64,000 nt of DNA from a virus. Position 1 is the stretch's first letter. Each line of letters starts with the position of its first letter. The translations under genes and the position numbers were made by a program. Positions 1-8,390 of this stretch are shown piece by piece. Below the pieces are notes generated by a model, which saw only the letters and a program-made list of their open reading frames with translations, did not search any database and was not told where the DNA came from. The DNA is taken from positions 1-64,000 of IMG/VR virus record IMGVR_UViG_3300008120_000241. One strand, written 5' to 3'.

Positions 1-215
1 CACCAACAAAACCTGAAGGTGTAACAATGCAAGAAATGATGGATTACATCAAAAAAAATACTTTGTTTTCTTACAAAGACATGGAAGAACATGAAGAAGA
101 TGAACCAGGTTGGATTGAAAAAACATATTTAGGAAAACTTCAAGGAAAAGAAAAAGAAAGAATTAATCAAGAAGATAGAGAAAATAATCCTGAACCATTT
201 GATGATAGATATTAA
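1..215 (+). CDS. 3' part of a hypothetical protein entering from the left edge
   Basis: Frame of ORF 27..215 is open back to the window edge (PTKPEGVT-MQE...). Confidence 0.6.
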   Translation, partial: PTKPEGVTMQEMMDYIKKNTLFSYKDMEEHEEDEPGWIEKTYLGKLQGKEKERINQEDRENNPEPFDDRY

Positions 216-220
216 ATAAG

Positions 221-589
221 ATGAATCTACAAGAAAACATAAGAAGAATATTAAAAGAAGAAACAGAAGGTATGTCACCACTAGAGCAGACAGTTGCTGA
301 TTTTATTAATATGAATCTATCTGAATATGATTTACCAGAAGACTTTGATAGAGTTGCCGTAGATATATTTGATAATGAATATGATAGAAAAGAGTGTGTA
401 GTGACCATATTATTTGAGAAACCATTTAATTTAAAAGATTCAGATAGAATGCATGATATAATGAATGAAATAAAAAAAGAAATCAAAAAATATTTTGGTG
501 ATACTTTTTGGTATATAAAATTAGGAACATCGACGGTAGATGTTTATAACAGTACCAAAGATTGGTACACCAAAAGAAAGAATAAATAA
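221..589 (+). CDS. Leader-A (MNLQENIRRILKEE) cargo protein, unknown function
   Basis: ORF with the repeated N-terminal leader. Confidence 0.8.
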   Translation: MNLQENIRRILKEETEGMSPLEQTVADFINMNLSEYDLPEDFDRVAVDIFDNEYDRKECVVTILFEKPFNLKDSDRMHDIMNEIKKEIKKYFGDTFWYIKLGTSTVDVYNSTKDWYTKRKNK

Positions 590-878
590 TGGAAGACATT
601 AAAATCCTTCACCTAAAAAGTAACGCACAAAAATTGGAAACTTGGGTTGCCATGTTAAATGGTGAAAAAAAATTAAATTCCTTGATGCTTGGGTTCATCA
701 CGACCATAGAAGAAAGGGAATCTACCGAATGTTGTGGGACACAAGGTGGGAATATGTTCAAGAAAATTATAAAGGGTGGATTGCCTTTGCCTGGTGTAAA
801 CCATCATCACTACCATTACTATTAGAAAAAGATTTCACAACCGGTGAAACTTGTACCTACGTTGAAAGAGAAATTTAA
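589..878 (+). pseudogene. GNAT-family acetyltransferase with a frame break at the A8 run (~665-672)
   Basis: After MEDIK...MLNGE the -1 frame reads KIKFLDAWVHHDHRRKGIYRMLWDTRWEYVQENYKGWIAFAWCKPSSLPLLLEKDF...EREI* (stop 876-878), containing the GNAT acetyl-CoA motif V-x-x-x-x-R-R-K-G-I. Confidence 0.7.
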
Positions 879-926
879 TCACAATTAATTTAGAAAAATC
901 AAATATTTTTTTGTATATTTACCATT

Positions 927-1196
927 ATGGTTAGTGGTACTATTTTAGAATATTTTGAAGATATAATGAGGGGTGGTTTCAGAGAGGATGTGCAAAAATA
1001 TTTAAGTTTTTTTAATGGTGATTGCGGACGTTTACTTATGACCGTCACAATTCCTTATGACTTACTTTCAAACATGAACAATAAACATTTTGATGATTAT
1101 ATGGTGCGGTTTACGAATTCAATAAATGAAAGAATGGTGAGGTATGGTTTTGAACTTAATAAAGATTACGTAATTGATGTAATAAGAACAGAATGA
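927..1196 (+). CDS. hypothetical protein (probable paralog of the next gene)
   Basis: C-terminal YGFELNKDYVI resembles SFGMRVNEDYKI of 1193..1456. Confidence 0.7.
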   Translation: MVSGTILEYFEDIMRGGFREDVQKYLSFFNGDCGRLLMTVTIPYDLLSNMNNKHFDDYMVRFTNSINERMVRYGFELNKDYVIDVIRTE

Positions 1197-1456
1197 ACCC
1201 AAAGTTAGAATATATCGAAGAATTGGTTAGAAATAATATTAGTGATGAACTTAAACATACATTAAACTTCACACTAAATGAAAATAATGTAGTACTAATC
1301 AATGTTAAATATGAAACATTAGATATGGTGCCTAGTGTATGGGGACAAATTATACGTAGAAGAATAGTTGAAACACTTTACTCATTTGGTATGAGAGTAA
1401 ATGAAGATTACAAAATAGAAACAGAAATATCATGGAAAAACACCTTACGACAATAG
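1193..1456 (+). CDS. hypothetical protein
   Basis: ATGA overlap with the upstream gene. Confidence 0.7.
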   Translation: MNPKLEYIEELVRNNISDELKHTLNFTLNENNVVLINVKYETLDMVPSVWGQIIRRRIVETLYSFGMRVNEDYKIETEISWKNTLRQ

Positions 1457-1845
1457 AATACATCAAAGACATACTTGAAGAAGATGATTTAGATATTACT
1501 TTTAAAAAAGGCAAATACGTCATTAAATTTATAATTGACGCTAAAAATAGCATGACTATGGATGCCATTGCAAAACTTAGAGGTATTGGTAAAAAAACTA
1601 TGACAGAATCAAAACTATTAACTTATTTTCCAAAGGAGTTATTTAAAATAGAATTGGAAACCATAAACAAACCAAAACCAAAACTAATGGTGATGGACTC
1701 GTTCAGTAGTGATGTTTACAAAAAGTTACTTGAACAACGTGTAATTCATAGACCAATAAACGTAAACACAACTGATACGGCATTGAATAATATTAATGGG
1801 TCTAATTATAGTACTACAGGAATAAATTTAAACCATCTAATTTAA
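1432..1845 (+). CDS. hypothetical protein
   Basis: ORF in operon-like run. Confidence 0.65.
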   Translation: MEKHLTTIEYIKDILEEDDLDITFKKGKYVIKFIIDAKNSMTMDAIAKLRGIGKKTMTESKLLTYFPKELFKIELETINKPKPKLMVMDSFSSDVYKKLLEQRVIHRPINVNTTDTALNNINGSNYSTTGINLNHLI

Positions 1846-1867
1846 AGTAGAACATATTTATAATAAT

Positions 1868-2824
1868 ATGCCATTAAAACAATCCATAAGAAAAATATTA
1901 AGGGAAGAAATCAACCCAAACAAACCAGACTTATACGAATTTGCCAAGTGGGGATTAACCGGTGAATATGAATATAGCGGATGTTGGGACGACAACGATT
2001 TGGATGGAGCGATTGAATGTGCGGTTGATGATTTTGAACAATTTTTAAATGAACCATACCCAACAGGGTTAGGTAATATACCAAAAAATCCAATTATATA
2101 CAGATTAATAAAACTAAATGAGATTAAAGATTTAAACAAAAACAATCTGGGAAAGAGTTGGTTCTCAAATCCAAATCAAATTAAGAATCCAGAGTTTTTT
2201 GATATGTTGGAATATTTAAAACCAGGACCAAACAATAAGGTATTTTTGATAAAAGGAAAAACAACAATTAATAACATTGATTTAAAAAGAACATTATGGG
2301 AAAGATCAACCCAATGGTGGGAAAATGAAATTGTAATTAAGGATGACACCAATATTGATATTTTGGACATAAAGGAATTAACAATGGATAAATACTTAAA
2401 GGAATCCAACAATAAGTTAAAGGAAAATGTCAATCCAATAATGGACTTAATTAATGAATTTGGTATAATGGCCGCAATGAAATTCACCGGGTTGACTTAT
2501 AAAGAAATAGAATCAAAAACAAATTTAACAAGAGATTACAAAATTCAATTCTTAAAAGATTTAATAGTTAGTTTATCTGACGATGAGGATGAAATATCAC
2601 TTGAATATTGGTTGGATCAACCAATCACTTATAAAATAGATGATGACGGTCAACATATACTTGAACGAATCCAGGTGGTTGATGATGAAGATTTAATATT
2701 AACAATTTATGTGTATGATATGGATGAATATGGTGAAATGAGGGATTTAAATTTTCTGTATAATATGGAGAATGAAGATATAACCGATGATGGATTGGAT
2801 ACTATAATTGAACATTTAATATGA
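1868..2824 (+). CDS. Leader-A cargo protein with putative R-S-E ADP-ribosyltransferase domain plus acidic C-terminal domain
   Basis: Leader MPLKQSIRKILREE; motifs IIYR / GKSWFS / WENEIV (R, S, ExE); TATTTAT upstream. Confidence 0.55.
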   Translation: MPLKQSIRKILREEINPNKPDLYEFAKWGLTGEYEYSGCWDDNDLDGAIECAVDDFEQFLNEPYPTGLGNIPKNPIIYRLIKLNEIKDLNKNNLGKSWFSNPNQIKNPEFFDMLEYLKPGPNNKVFLIKGKTTINNIDLKRTLWERSTQWWENEIVIKDDTNIDILDIKELTMDKYLKESNNKLKENVNPIMDLINEFGIMAAMKFTGLTYKEIESKTNLTRDYKIQFLKDLIVSLSDDEDEISLEYWLDQPITYKIDDDGQHILERIQVVDDEDLILTIYVYDMDEYGEMRDLNFLYNMENEDITDDGLDTIIEHLI

Positions 2825-3384
2825 ACTTAAAACAATCCATAAGAAGAATATTAAAGGAAGAAACGTCAATTAACCAAAAGGTTAAGGACATAATTTTAAA
2901 TGGAACTGATTTTGATGATTGGATTAAAGCGGTACAACTTCAATATGGGGATGTTGTCCCATTATATCACGCAACAACCGAACAGACATCAAAATTAATT
3001 GATAAGGAAGGATTCAAGTTAGTTGATGGAAAAAACTATAAGTCATTTTCAAACGAACCCATTTTATATTTCCAGATTGGAAAATCGGATTATGTGTCAA
3101 CAAACAGACCGGTATTATATAGATTGGATGTTCCGATTGAATTTTTATACAATGCCGAAATTGACAATGATGGTCCGGACATAAGTGATGAAGAACTTTT
3201 TAAATATGTGGATGAAACGGATTGGGATGAATTACCTTATGATATTAGGGACGCCATAATTTATTTTATATGGAATGATTTCAAACTTGACGGAACCGAA
3301 ATACTTATAAGTGATAGGTTTATGGATGATCCGAGTGAAGATATCTTCAAAGGGTTAAAACCGGTTAAAGTAAAGGACAATTAA
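2821..3384 (+). CDS. Leader-A cargo protein with putative ART-fold (HxT-type) domain
   Basis: Leader MNLKQSIRRILKEE; LYHATT...IDKEGF, LYF, VLYRLDVP pattern. Confidence 0.5.
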   Translation: MNLKQSIRRILKEETSINQKVKDIILNGTDFDDWIKAVQLQYGDVVPLYHATTEQTSKLIDKEGFKLVDGKNYKSFSNEPILYFQIGKSDYVSTNRPVLYRLDVPIEFLYNAEIDNDGPDISDEELFKYVDETDWDELPYDIRDAIIYFIWNDFKLDGTEILISDRFMDDPSEDIFKGLKPVKVKDN

Positions 3385-3385
3385 G

Positions 3386-3715
3386 ATGAATAACGAATTA
3401 GTGAAAAACAAATCGGACCTGATGGTTAACTGGCAATCAAAACTAATGATTGTCACATCAATAATTAATGATTTCTATCCGGATTTTAATTCTCAAAACG
3501 TATTTGTCAGAGATTCTGCCGGAGTTATAACGTATAGTGATAAAAAAACAACCGAAGAATATGCTTGGTTCTATCCTTCAACCAAAAAATTATATTTTGA
3601 TTGGGATATCTATCACGAGTTACAAAAATATTTGGGAGACGATTTGATGCCTTATTTAATAATGTGGTTCAATAAAGAATTTAAAACGGATGTCAAAAGA
3701 ATAAGCGCCGAATAG
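3386..3715 (+). CDS. hypothetical protein, paralog of 3718..4062
   Basis: Shared IN(D/E)xYPxFN...WFNxEFxTxVxxIS. Confidence 0.75.
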   Translation: MNNELVKNKSDLMVNWQSKLMIVTSIINDFYPDFNSQNVFVRDSAGVITYSDKKTTEEYAWFYPSTKKLYFDWDIYHELQKYLGDDLMPYLIMWFNKEFKTDVKRISAE

Positions 3716-3717
3716 AT

Positions 3718-4062
3718 ATGGGTTTACAAGAGAATATAATAAAAATATTAAAAGAGGATTTGAATAAAAAGGTTGAAAAAATGACCAAAATTGTTGGATT
3801 ATTCATTAATGAGTTATATCCAAATTTCAATGAGAATGATGTTAAAATTGATGTGTTTGATGATGATGTGAATTATATTGAAACATATTATGATCCGGTA
3901 ACACAATTCTTTTTTGCCAGATACGATGATAGACTGAGAGAATTAATCTTAAATACGGAAATATTGGAAACATTGGAAGGTTATTTTGGGGGTGATATGG
4001 AATATGTTATTGATTGGTTTAATAATGAATTTGGCACCAACGTGGAATATATAAGTAGTTAG
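3718..4062 (+). CDS. Leader-A-like (MGLQENIIKILKED) cargo protein
   Basis: Divergent leader; paralog of 3386..3715. Confidence 0.8.
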   Translation: MGLQENIIKILKEDLNKKVEKMTKIVGLFINELYPNFNENDVKIDVFDDDVNYIETYYDPVTQFFFARYDDRLRELILNTEILETLEGYFGGDMEYVIDWFNNEFGTNVEYISS

Positions 4063-4064
4063 TT

Positions 4065-4130
4065 ATGAAATTCAAGGATGAAAATAAAACCAAACAATTG
4101 GTTGCGGGGATTATGTCAAGTGAATATATT
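4065..4130 (+). repeat. Truncated copy (63/66 nt identical) of the 5' end of gene 5911..6165
   Basis: Direct comparison with 5911-5976. Confidence 0.9.
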
Positions 4131-4140
4131 TATTAATTAT

Positions 4141-4926
4141 ATGAACCCACAAGAAAAAATAAGAAGAATTTTAAGGGAAGAAGGATTTATACCCCTACCA
4201 ATCAGAAGAAGAGTAACTTCAAGTGATTTAGAAGAGGCATTTTATTATGCTTTAGAAACAAATGTCACATCTATGGATAACCCAAATTCTGTGATATACA
4301 AAGAAAAAAAACCATCATTATGGGTATTTTCAAAGTTCGTTATTGATGATATGGTTACTCTTTTAGAACAAGAATATTTTACTAATGACAACCGAATTTA
4401 TTTTAGTGATACCGAAGAGGATGACAAAACTTATCACAAAAAAATTAGACAACCACTACTTAGATATTATGGTAAAAGAATAAAAGAAAAGTACGATGAG
4501 ATTATGTCATCAAACGATGAAGAATTAATACAAGAATCCATAAGAAGAATTTTAAGGGAAGAAGTGGAACGAAATTATATTTTTGTTAGAACTGATGATT
4601 TTGATAATACTGGTACTGTAAGGGAATTACCTTACGATGGTATACATTGTTGGTGTATATATGAAGATGACTTTGACAAATACATAGATGAGCTTGAATT
4701 GTGGGGTGGAAGTAGAAAAAAAGTTAGGATAGTTGATGGTGAAAATTATAAAAAATACGCAACCAATTATAAAATGGCTCACGATTATGTTATGGGTGAT
4801 AGCGATGAAATTCCAAAATTAGAAAAATTTAATCCCGATGAACATATTATGAAATTTATAAAACAGGGTAAAAAATCTATGTTAAATTATGTTGCCAATA
4901 TGAAATATCAAATAATATTAATATGA
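4141..4926 (+). CDS. Two-module Leader-A protein (leader at the N-terminus and again internally at ~4528)
   Basis: MNPQEKIRRILREE ... LIQESIRRILREE; start moved to ATG 4141 behind TATTTAT. Confidence 0.8.
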   Translation: MNPQEKIRRILREEGFIPLPIRRRVTSSDLEEAFYYALETNVTSMDNPNSVIYKEKKPSLWVFSKFVIDDMVTLLEQEYFTNDNRIYFSDTEEDDKTYHKKIRQPLLRYYGKRIKEKYDEIMSSNDEELIQESIRRILREEVERNYIFVRTDDFDNTGTVRELPYDGIHCWCIYEDDFDKYIDELELWGGSRKKVRIVDGENYKKYATNYKMAHDYVMGDSDEIPKLEKFNPDEHIMKFIKQGKKSMLNYVANMKYQIILI

Positions 4927-5357
4927 ACCTACAAGAAAACATAAGAAGAATAATAAGGGAAGAATCAGATAAAGATATTTTAATTGATGGTTTGTATGAC
5001 CCAATATATGAAGAAAACGGGATTGTTCTATTTAATGAACCAAGACATTTAAAGATGTATTCTAAATTTGGCATTAAAAAATCAAATGTAATAAGTGGTA
5101 AAGAATTTAATAAAAAATATGTTGACTTTGATAATAAAAAACTTCACAAAGTGTTATACAAGGAAGGTATGACTTTGGGTGGTAATTTAGGTGAAGGTAA
5201 ATATTGGTGTTCCACTGAATATTGTTTAAGTGTTTATTTAGGGGAAACACACCAAAGCAGTGAATATTCCGAATACGTTAAAGGTGTGGTTGATTCTAAA
5301 TTGGGGGATGACCTAAAAATTTTGGTAAAGAAATATATTTCCGATGATTTATGGTAA
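4923..5357 (+). CDS. Leader-A cargo protein
   Basis: MNLQENIRRIIREE. Confidence 0.8.
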   Translation: MNLQENIRRIIREESDKDILIDGLYDPIYEENGIVLFNEPRHLKMYSKFGIKKSNVISGKEFNKKYVDFDNKKLHKVLYKEGMTLGGNLGEGKYWCSTEYCLSVYLGETHQSSEYSEYVKGVVDSKLGDDLKILVKKYISDDLW

Positions 5358-5371
5358 AAAATGATATTAAT

Positions 5372-5887
5372 ATGAACCTACAAGAATCCATAAGAAGAAT
5401 ATTAAGGGAATATTTGGAAGAAGCCAGGTTGTCCGATCTTTTAAAGGTTACCGGTAATAAAAGTGAACTACATAAATACATTGAGAAAGAAAAATCCAAG
5501 GAGTTTGAAATAGATAGGGAATTACCGACACAATTAACATTAAAAAAAAGATATAACAACAAAAAGATAAAAGTTTATTTTAATTGGTTTGACAATTCAA
5601 AACATGATTTAAAAAAAAGGATTAAAGAAAGGACTAACTTTAAAACAATTACAGAATTTGCTGATGTTTTTAATCAAGTTATTAATTATGTTTTACCGGA
5701 TGAACTGGGTGTAAATATTAGTGAAAATGGAAGATACGCCATTAATTTAAGTGAATATAACATTACAATCATATTTTCAATTAATCTGGATGATTTTGAT
5801 AACCAAAAAGTAACAATTAACGTTATTACCATACTACCAAAAAGTCAAATTGACGAAAAAAATATAATACAATTTTTTGTATATTAG
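5372..5887 (+). CDS. Leader-A cargo protein, possible BECR/RelE-like RNase fold
   Basis: MNLQESIRRILREY; SKH-x4-RIKER and terminal VITIL pattern (weak). Confidence 0.6.
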   Translation: MNLQESIRRILREYLEEARLSDLLKVTGNKSELHKYIEKEKSKEFEIDRELPTQLTLKKRYNNKKIKVYFNWFDNSKHDLKKRIKERTNFKTITEFADVFNQVINYVLPDELGVNISENGRYAINLSEYNITIIFSINLDDFDNQKVTINVITILPKSQIDEKNIIQFFVY

Positions 5888-5910
5888 AATAATTGTTGTA
5901 TATTTGTCAT

Positions 5911-6165
5911 ATGAAATTCAAGGACGAAAATAAAACCAAACAATTGGTTGTGGAGATTATGTCAAGTGAATATATTGATATTGTTTCTGGTAAGGGTTTA
6001 TTTTTTAATGACAATATAGTTTATGATAAGAATTTCTCACACATCACAAACGATAGTGAGTACCCACTTATAGAAGAAAAAGTAAAATCAATTGTTAAAT
6101 TAATAAATGAAGACCCAACTCTGGTCCATAAAGATTTGGAGGATGAATTATGGTATATGGTTTAA
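5911..6165 (+). CDS. hypothetical protein without leader, behind host-type promoter
   Basis: TATATTTG 5899-5906 upstream; terminator downstream. Confidence 0.75.
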   Translation: MKFKDENKTKQLVVEIMSSEYIDIVSGKGLFFNDNIVYDKNFSHITNDSEYPLIEEKVKSIVKLINEDPTLVHKDLEDELWYMV

Positions 6166-6171
6166 AAAGGT

Positions 6172-6200
6172 AATCCCACCCCAAAAGAGTGGGGTTTTTT
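6172..6200 (+). terminator. intrinsic terminator
   Basis: cccac...gtggg hairpin followed by T-run. Confidence 0.75.
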
Positions 6201-6225
6201 ATTTTTAATGGTATTTATTAATTAT

Positions 6226-6574
6226 ATGAACCTACAAGAAAACATAAGAAGAATATTAAGGGAAGAACTAAATAATAGGGGTGATTGTAATATTATGTAT
6301 GTCCCAGAACAACTATCTAAATTATATAGGTTTTCAAATCTGTGGGATATGGTGGTTAATGAAATTGATGAATTGATAGAAGTTTCTCAATTAGAAAAAG
6401 AATTATTACCAAAAGACATTACAGTATATTCAGTTCAAGAAATTATACATAATAGATGGGCATCATAGATTATGTTATGATAGAATAAATAATAGAGATT
6501 CCTATGTTTATATCTTTGATAAAGATGACAGTCAAATTGTTGATTGTATATTTTACGGTATAGGAGATTGTTAA
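6226..6574 (+). pseudogene. Leader-A cargo gene with ParB/Srx-like domain, frame-broken around 6395-6450
   Basis: +1 frame reads KKLYIIDGHHRLCYDRINNRDSYVYIF...GIGDC* (stop 6572-6574); IDGHHR is the ParB/Srx signature. Confidence 0.7.
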
Positions 6575-6575
6575 T

Positions 6576-7046
6576 ATGAACCTACAAGAATCCATAAGAA
6601 GAATATTAAGGGAAGAGTCACTAAAACACTCTTTAATTGATGAGATTAAAACTGAGGGGTGGTTTAATGTTTCACAATATGTGGGTGGTGATGAAGAACT
6701 TAAAAAGATTACCGAAATACATAACTCATACCAGTTTATGAAATTGTTTTTAAATATAACCCCAAAACAAAGTGATGAGAGACCTGAAATGATATTATAT
6801 AAAAACGAAATGGGGGTCAATCTTTTTATTCATGTGTTTAATAATAATCTTAATGAGTATATGGTTTACTTCAATGGTGATATAACATATAGACCATTAC
6901 AATTTTTTTTAGAAACGAGACCATTAGGGGAAAGAAATGAGTTTTTAAACAAATGGTTAAGAAAAAATTACAAAATAAATGTAGCTGACCGCAACATAGT
7001 TTGGTTTGATCCCAAGGAGGACAGTTATTTAACGTATTTAAATTAA
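6576..7046 (+). CDS. Leader-A cargo protein, paralog of 7944..8390
   Basis: MNLQESIRRILREESLKHSLIDEIK. Confidence 0.8.
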   Translation: MNLQESIRRILREESLKHSLIDEIKTEGWFNVSQYVGGDEELKKITEIHNSYQFMKLFLNITPKQSDERPEMILYKNEMGVNLFIHVFNNNLNEYMVYFNGDITYRPLQFFLETRPLGERNEFLNKWLRKNYKINVADRNIVWFDPKEDSYLTYLN

Positions 7047-7048
7047 AG

Positions 7049-7942
7049 ATGAAGATAAAATCAATTAAGGTTATCAAAGGAAAAAATAGATGGAGCGATT
7101 CCAAAGATAAACTTATTCATATGGTTCTAGATTTAGGTGAATTTGAAGAAAAACCATCAAATAAAATAAAAGGGTTTTATGAAAGAATAAAAAAACATTT
7201 ACCTTCATTAAAAAGTCATAGATGTTCAGAAGGAAAACCAGGTGGATTTTTAAATAGAATTAAAGAAGGAACGTGGATGGGACACATTATAGAACATGTT
7301 GCTTTAGAATTACAGACATTGGCGGGTTATGATACAGGATGGGGAAGAACAAGAGGTGTTAAAGGTCAAAAAGGTGTATATAATGTAGTATTTAATTATG
7401 AAGATGAAGAATGTGGTAAAATGGCTGCAAAAGAGGCATATAACGTTGTTAAAGATATTATAAATGATAAAGACCCACAAATAGATAATATAGTTAAAAA
7501 ACTAAAACCAAAAAAACAAATTAGGGAATCCATAAGAAGAATATTAAACGAGGAGTCACTAAAACAAACCCTCTTGGACGAGATAATGAGATCGGGAATA
7601 AGAGACACGGCAAGTATAATGAGTGTGGATGTGAAAGAACTTTTAGATATGGTGGGGATTACAGGAACAAAAGAAGATATGATATTTCTTATTAAATCAA
7701 TAATGAAAAATGAGGCTAAAGAAAAATTTGATTACTGTAGTTATAATATTGTACCATCACCACATTATATTACATTATATGTTTATATACCTAAACCATT
7801 ACCCGAACACGAAGGTGTATGGGCTTATGATCAATCGGTACGTTATAGAGTGGAAGAATTAATAGGTCATTTGTTATCCAAATTAGGTGGTGGATTAATC
7901 AGAGGACATTATTTATATGTATATAATACAGGAGATTGTTAA
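7049..7942 (+). CDS. Cyanophycin synthetase N-terminal-like domain fused to an internal Leader-A module
   Basis: DLGEFEEKPS...HRC-x19-HIIEHVALELQTLAG..GWGRTR...GVYNVVFNY; then QIRESIRRILNEESLKQTLLDEI. Confidence 0.8.
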   Translation: MKIKSIKVIKGKNRWSDSKDKLIHMVLDLGEFEEKPSNKIKGFYERIKKHLPSLKSHRCSEGKPGGFLNRIKEGTWMGHIIEHVALELQTLAGYDTGWGRTRGVKGQKGVYNVVFNYEDEECGKMAAKEAYNVVKDIINDKDPQIDNIVKKLKPKKQIRESIRRILNEESLKQTLLDEIMRSGIRDTASIMSVDVKELLDMVGITGTKEDMIFLIKSIMKNEAKEKFDYCSYNIVPSPHYITLYVYIPKPLPEHEGVWAYDQSVRYRVEELIGHLLSKLGGGLIRGHYLYVYNTGDC

Positions 7943-7943
7943 T

Positions 7944-8390
7944 ATGAATCTACAAGAAAACATAAGAAGAATATTAAGGGAAGAGTCACTAAAACAAACT
8001 TTAATTGATGAGGTTAAAAATAACGGTGTACAAGAAACCGCCGAACTTGTGGGAGGAATAAGTAATCTTATAGGTATATTAGAAATAGAAACACCAATGG
8101 ATTTCTTAAACATATATAATGATTTGGAAATTGTGGAAAGTGAAGAAAAACCAGATTATTATTTATTCAGACATAACAAAAATGATAACGTTATAATGTA
8201 CAACAAAAAAACTGATTTTATGTTATATAATCAAGATAAATTCTGGCCAGTATTTACGATTCACTTTAAAATGAACCACTATGACATTAATGATATGATT
8301 TCAAATTGGTTAAAAAATAAGTTCAACATAACGATACCTAGTACAAGAATAACAAACGTACCACAATCACAATATACAAGATTATCTTAA
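7944..8390 (+). CDS. Leader-A cargo protein, paralog of 6576..7046
   Basis: MNLQENIRRILREESLKQTLIDEVK. Confidence 0.8.
   Translation: MNLQENIRRILREESLKQTLIDEVKNNGVQETAELVGGISNLIGILEIETPMDFLNIYNDLEIVESEEKPDYYLFRHNKNDNVIMYNKKTDFMLYNQDKFWPVFTIHFKMNHYDINDMISNWLKNKFNITIPSTRITNVPQSQYTRLS

Larger units (their letters stand above)
221..7990 (+). repeat. Dispersed ~42-bp Leader-A repeat, 12 copies (221, 1868, 2821, 3718, 4141, ~4528, 4923, 5372, 6226, 6576, ~7523, 7944)
   Basis: Consensus ATGAAYCTACAAGAAWMCATAAGAAGAATATTAAGGGAAGA with conserved synonymous codons. Confidence 0.9.

Noticed and set aside
4078-4140. Upstream extensions given in the ORF track (also 5351, 5893, 6208, 7917, 11175, 12384, 17670, 22996, 23199, 56196, 58330)
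   Set aside because: Extensions run through promoter boxes or neighbouring genes; downstream ATGs coincide with leader motifs or promoter spacing
221-7990. Leader-A repeats as a CRISPR array
   Set aside because: Repeats are in-frame coding sequence separated by hundreds of bp of genes, not 30-40-nt spacers; no cas genes in the window
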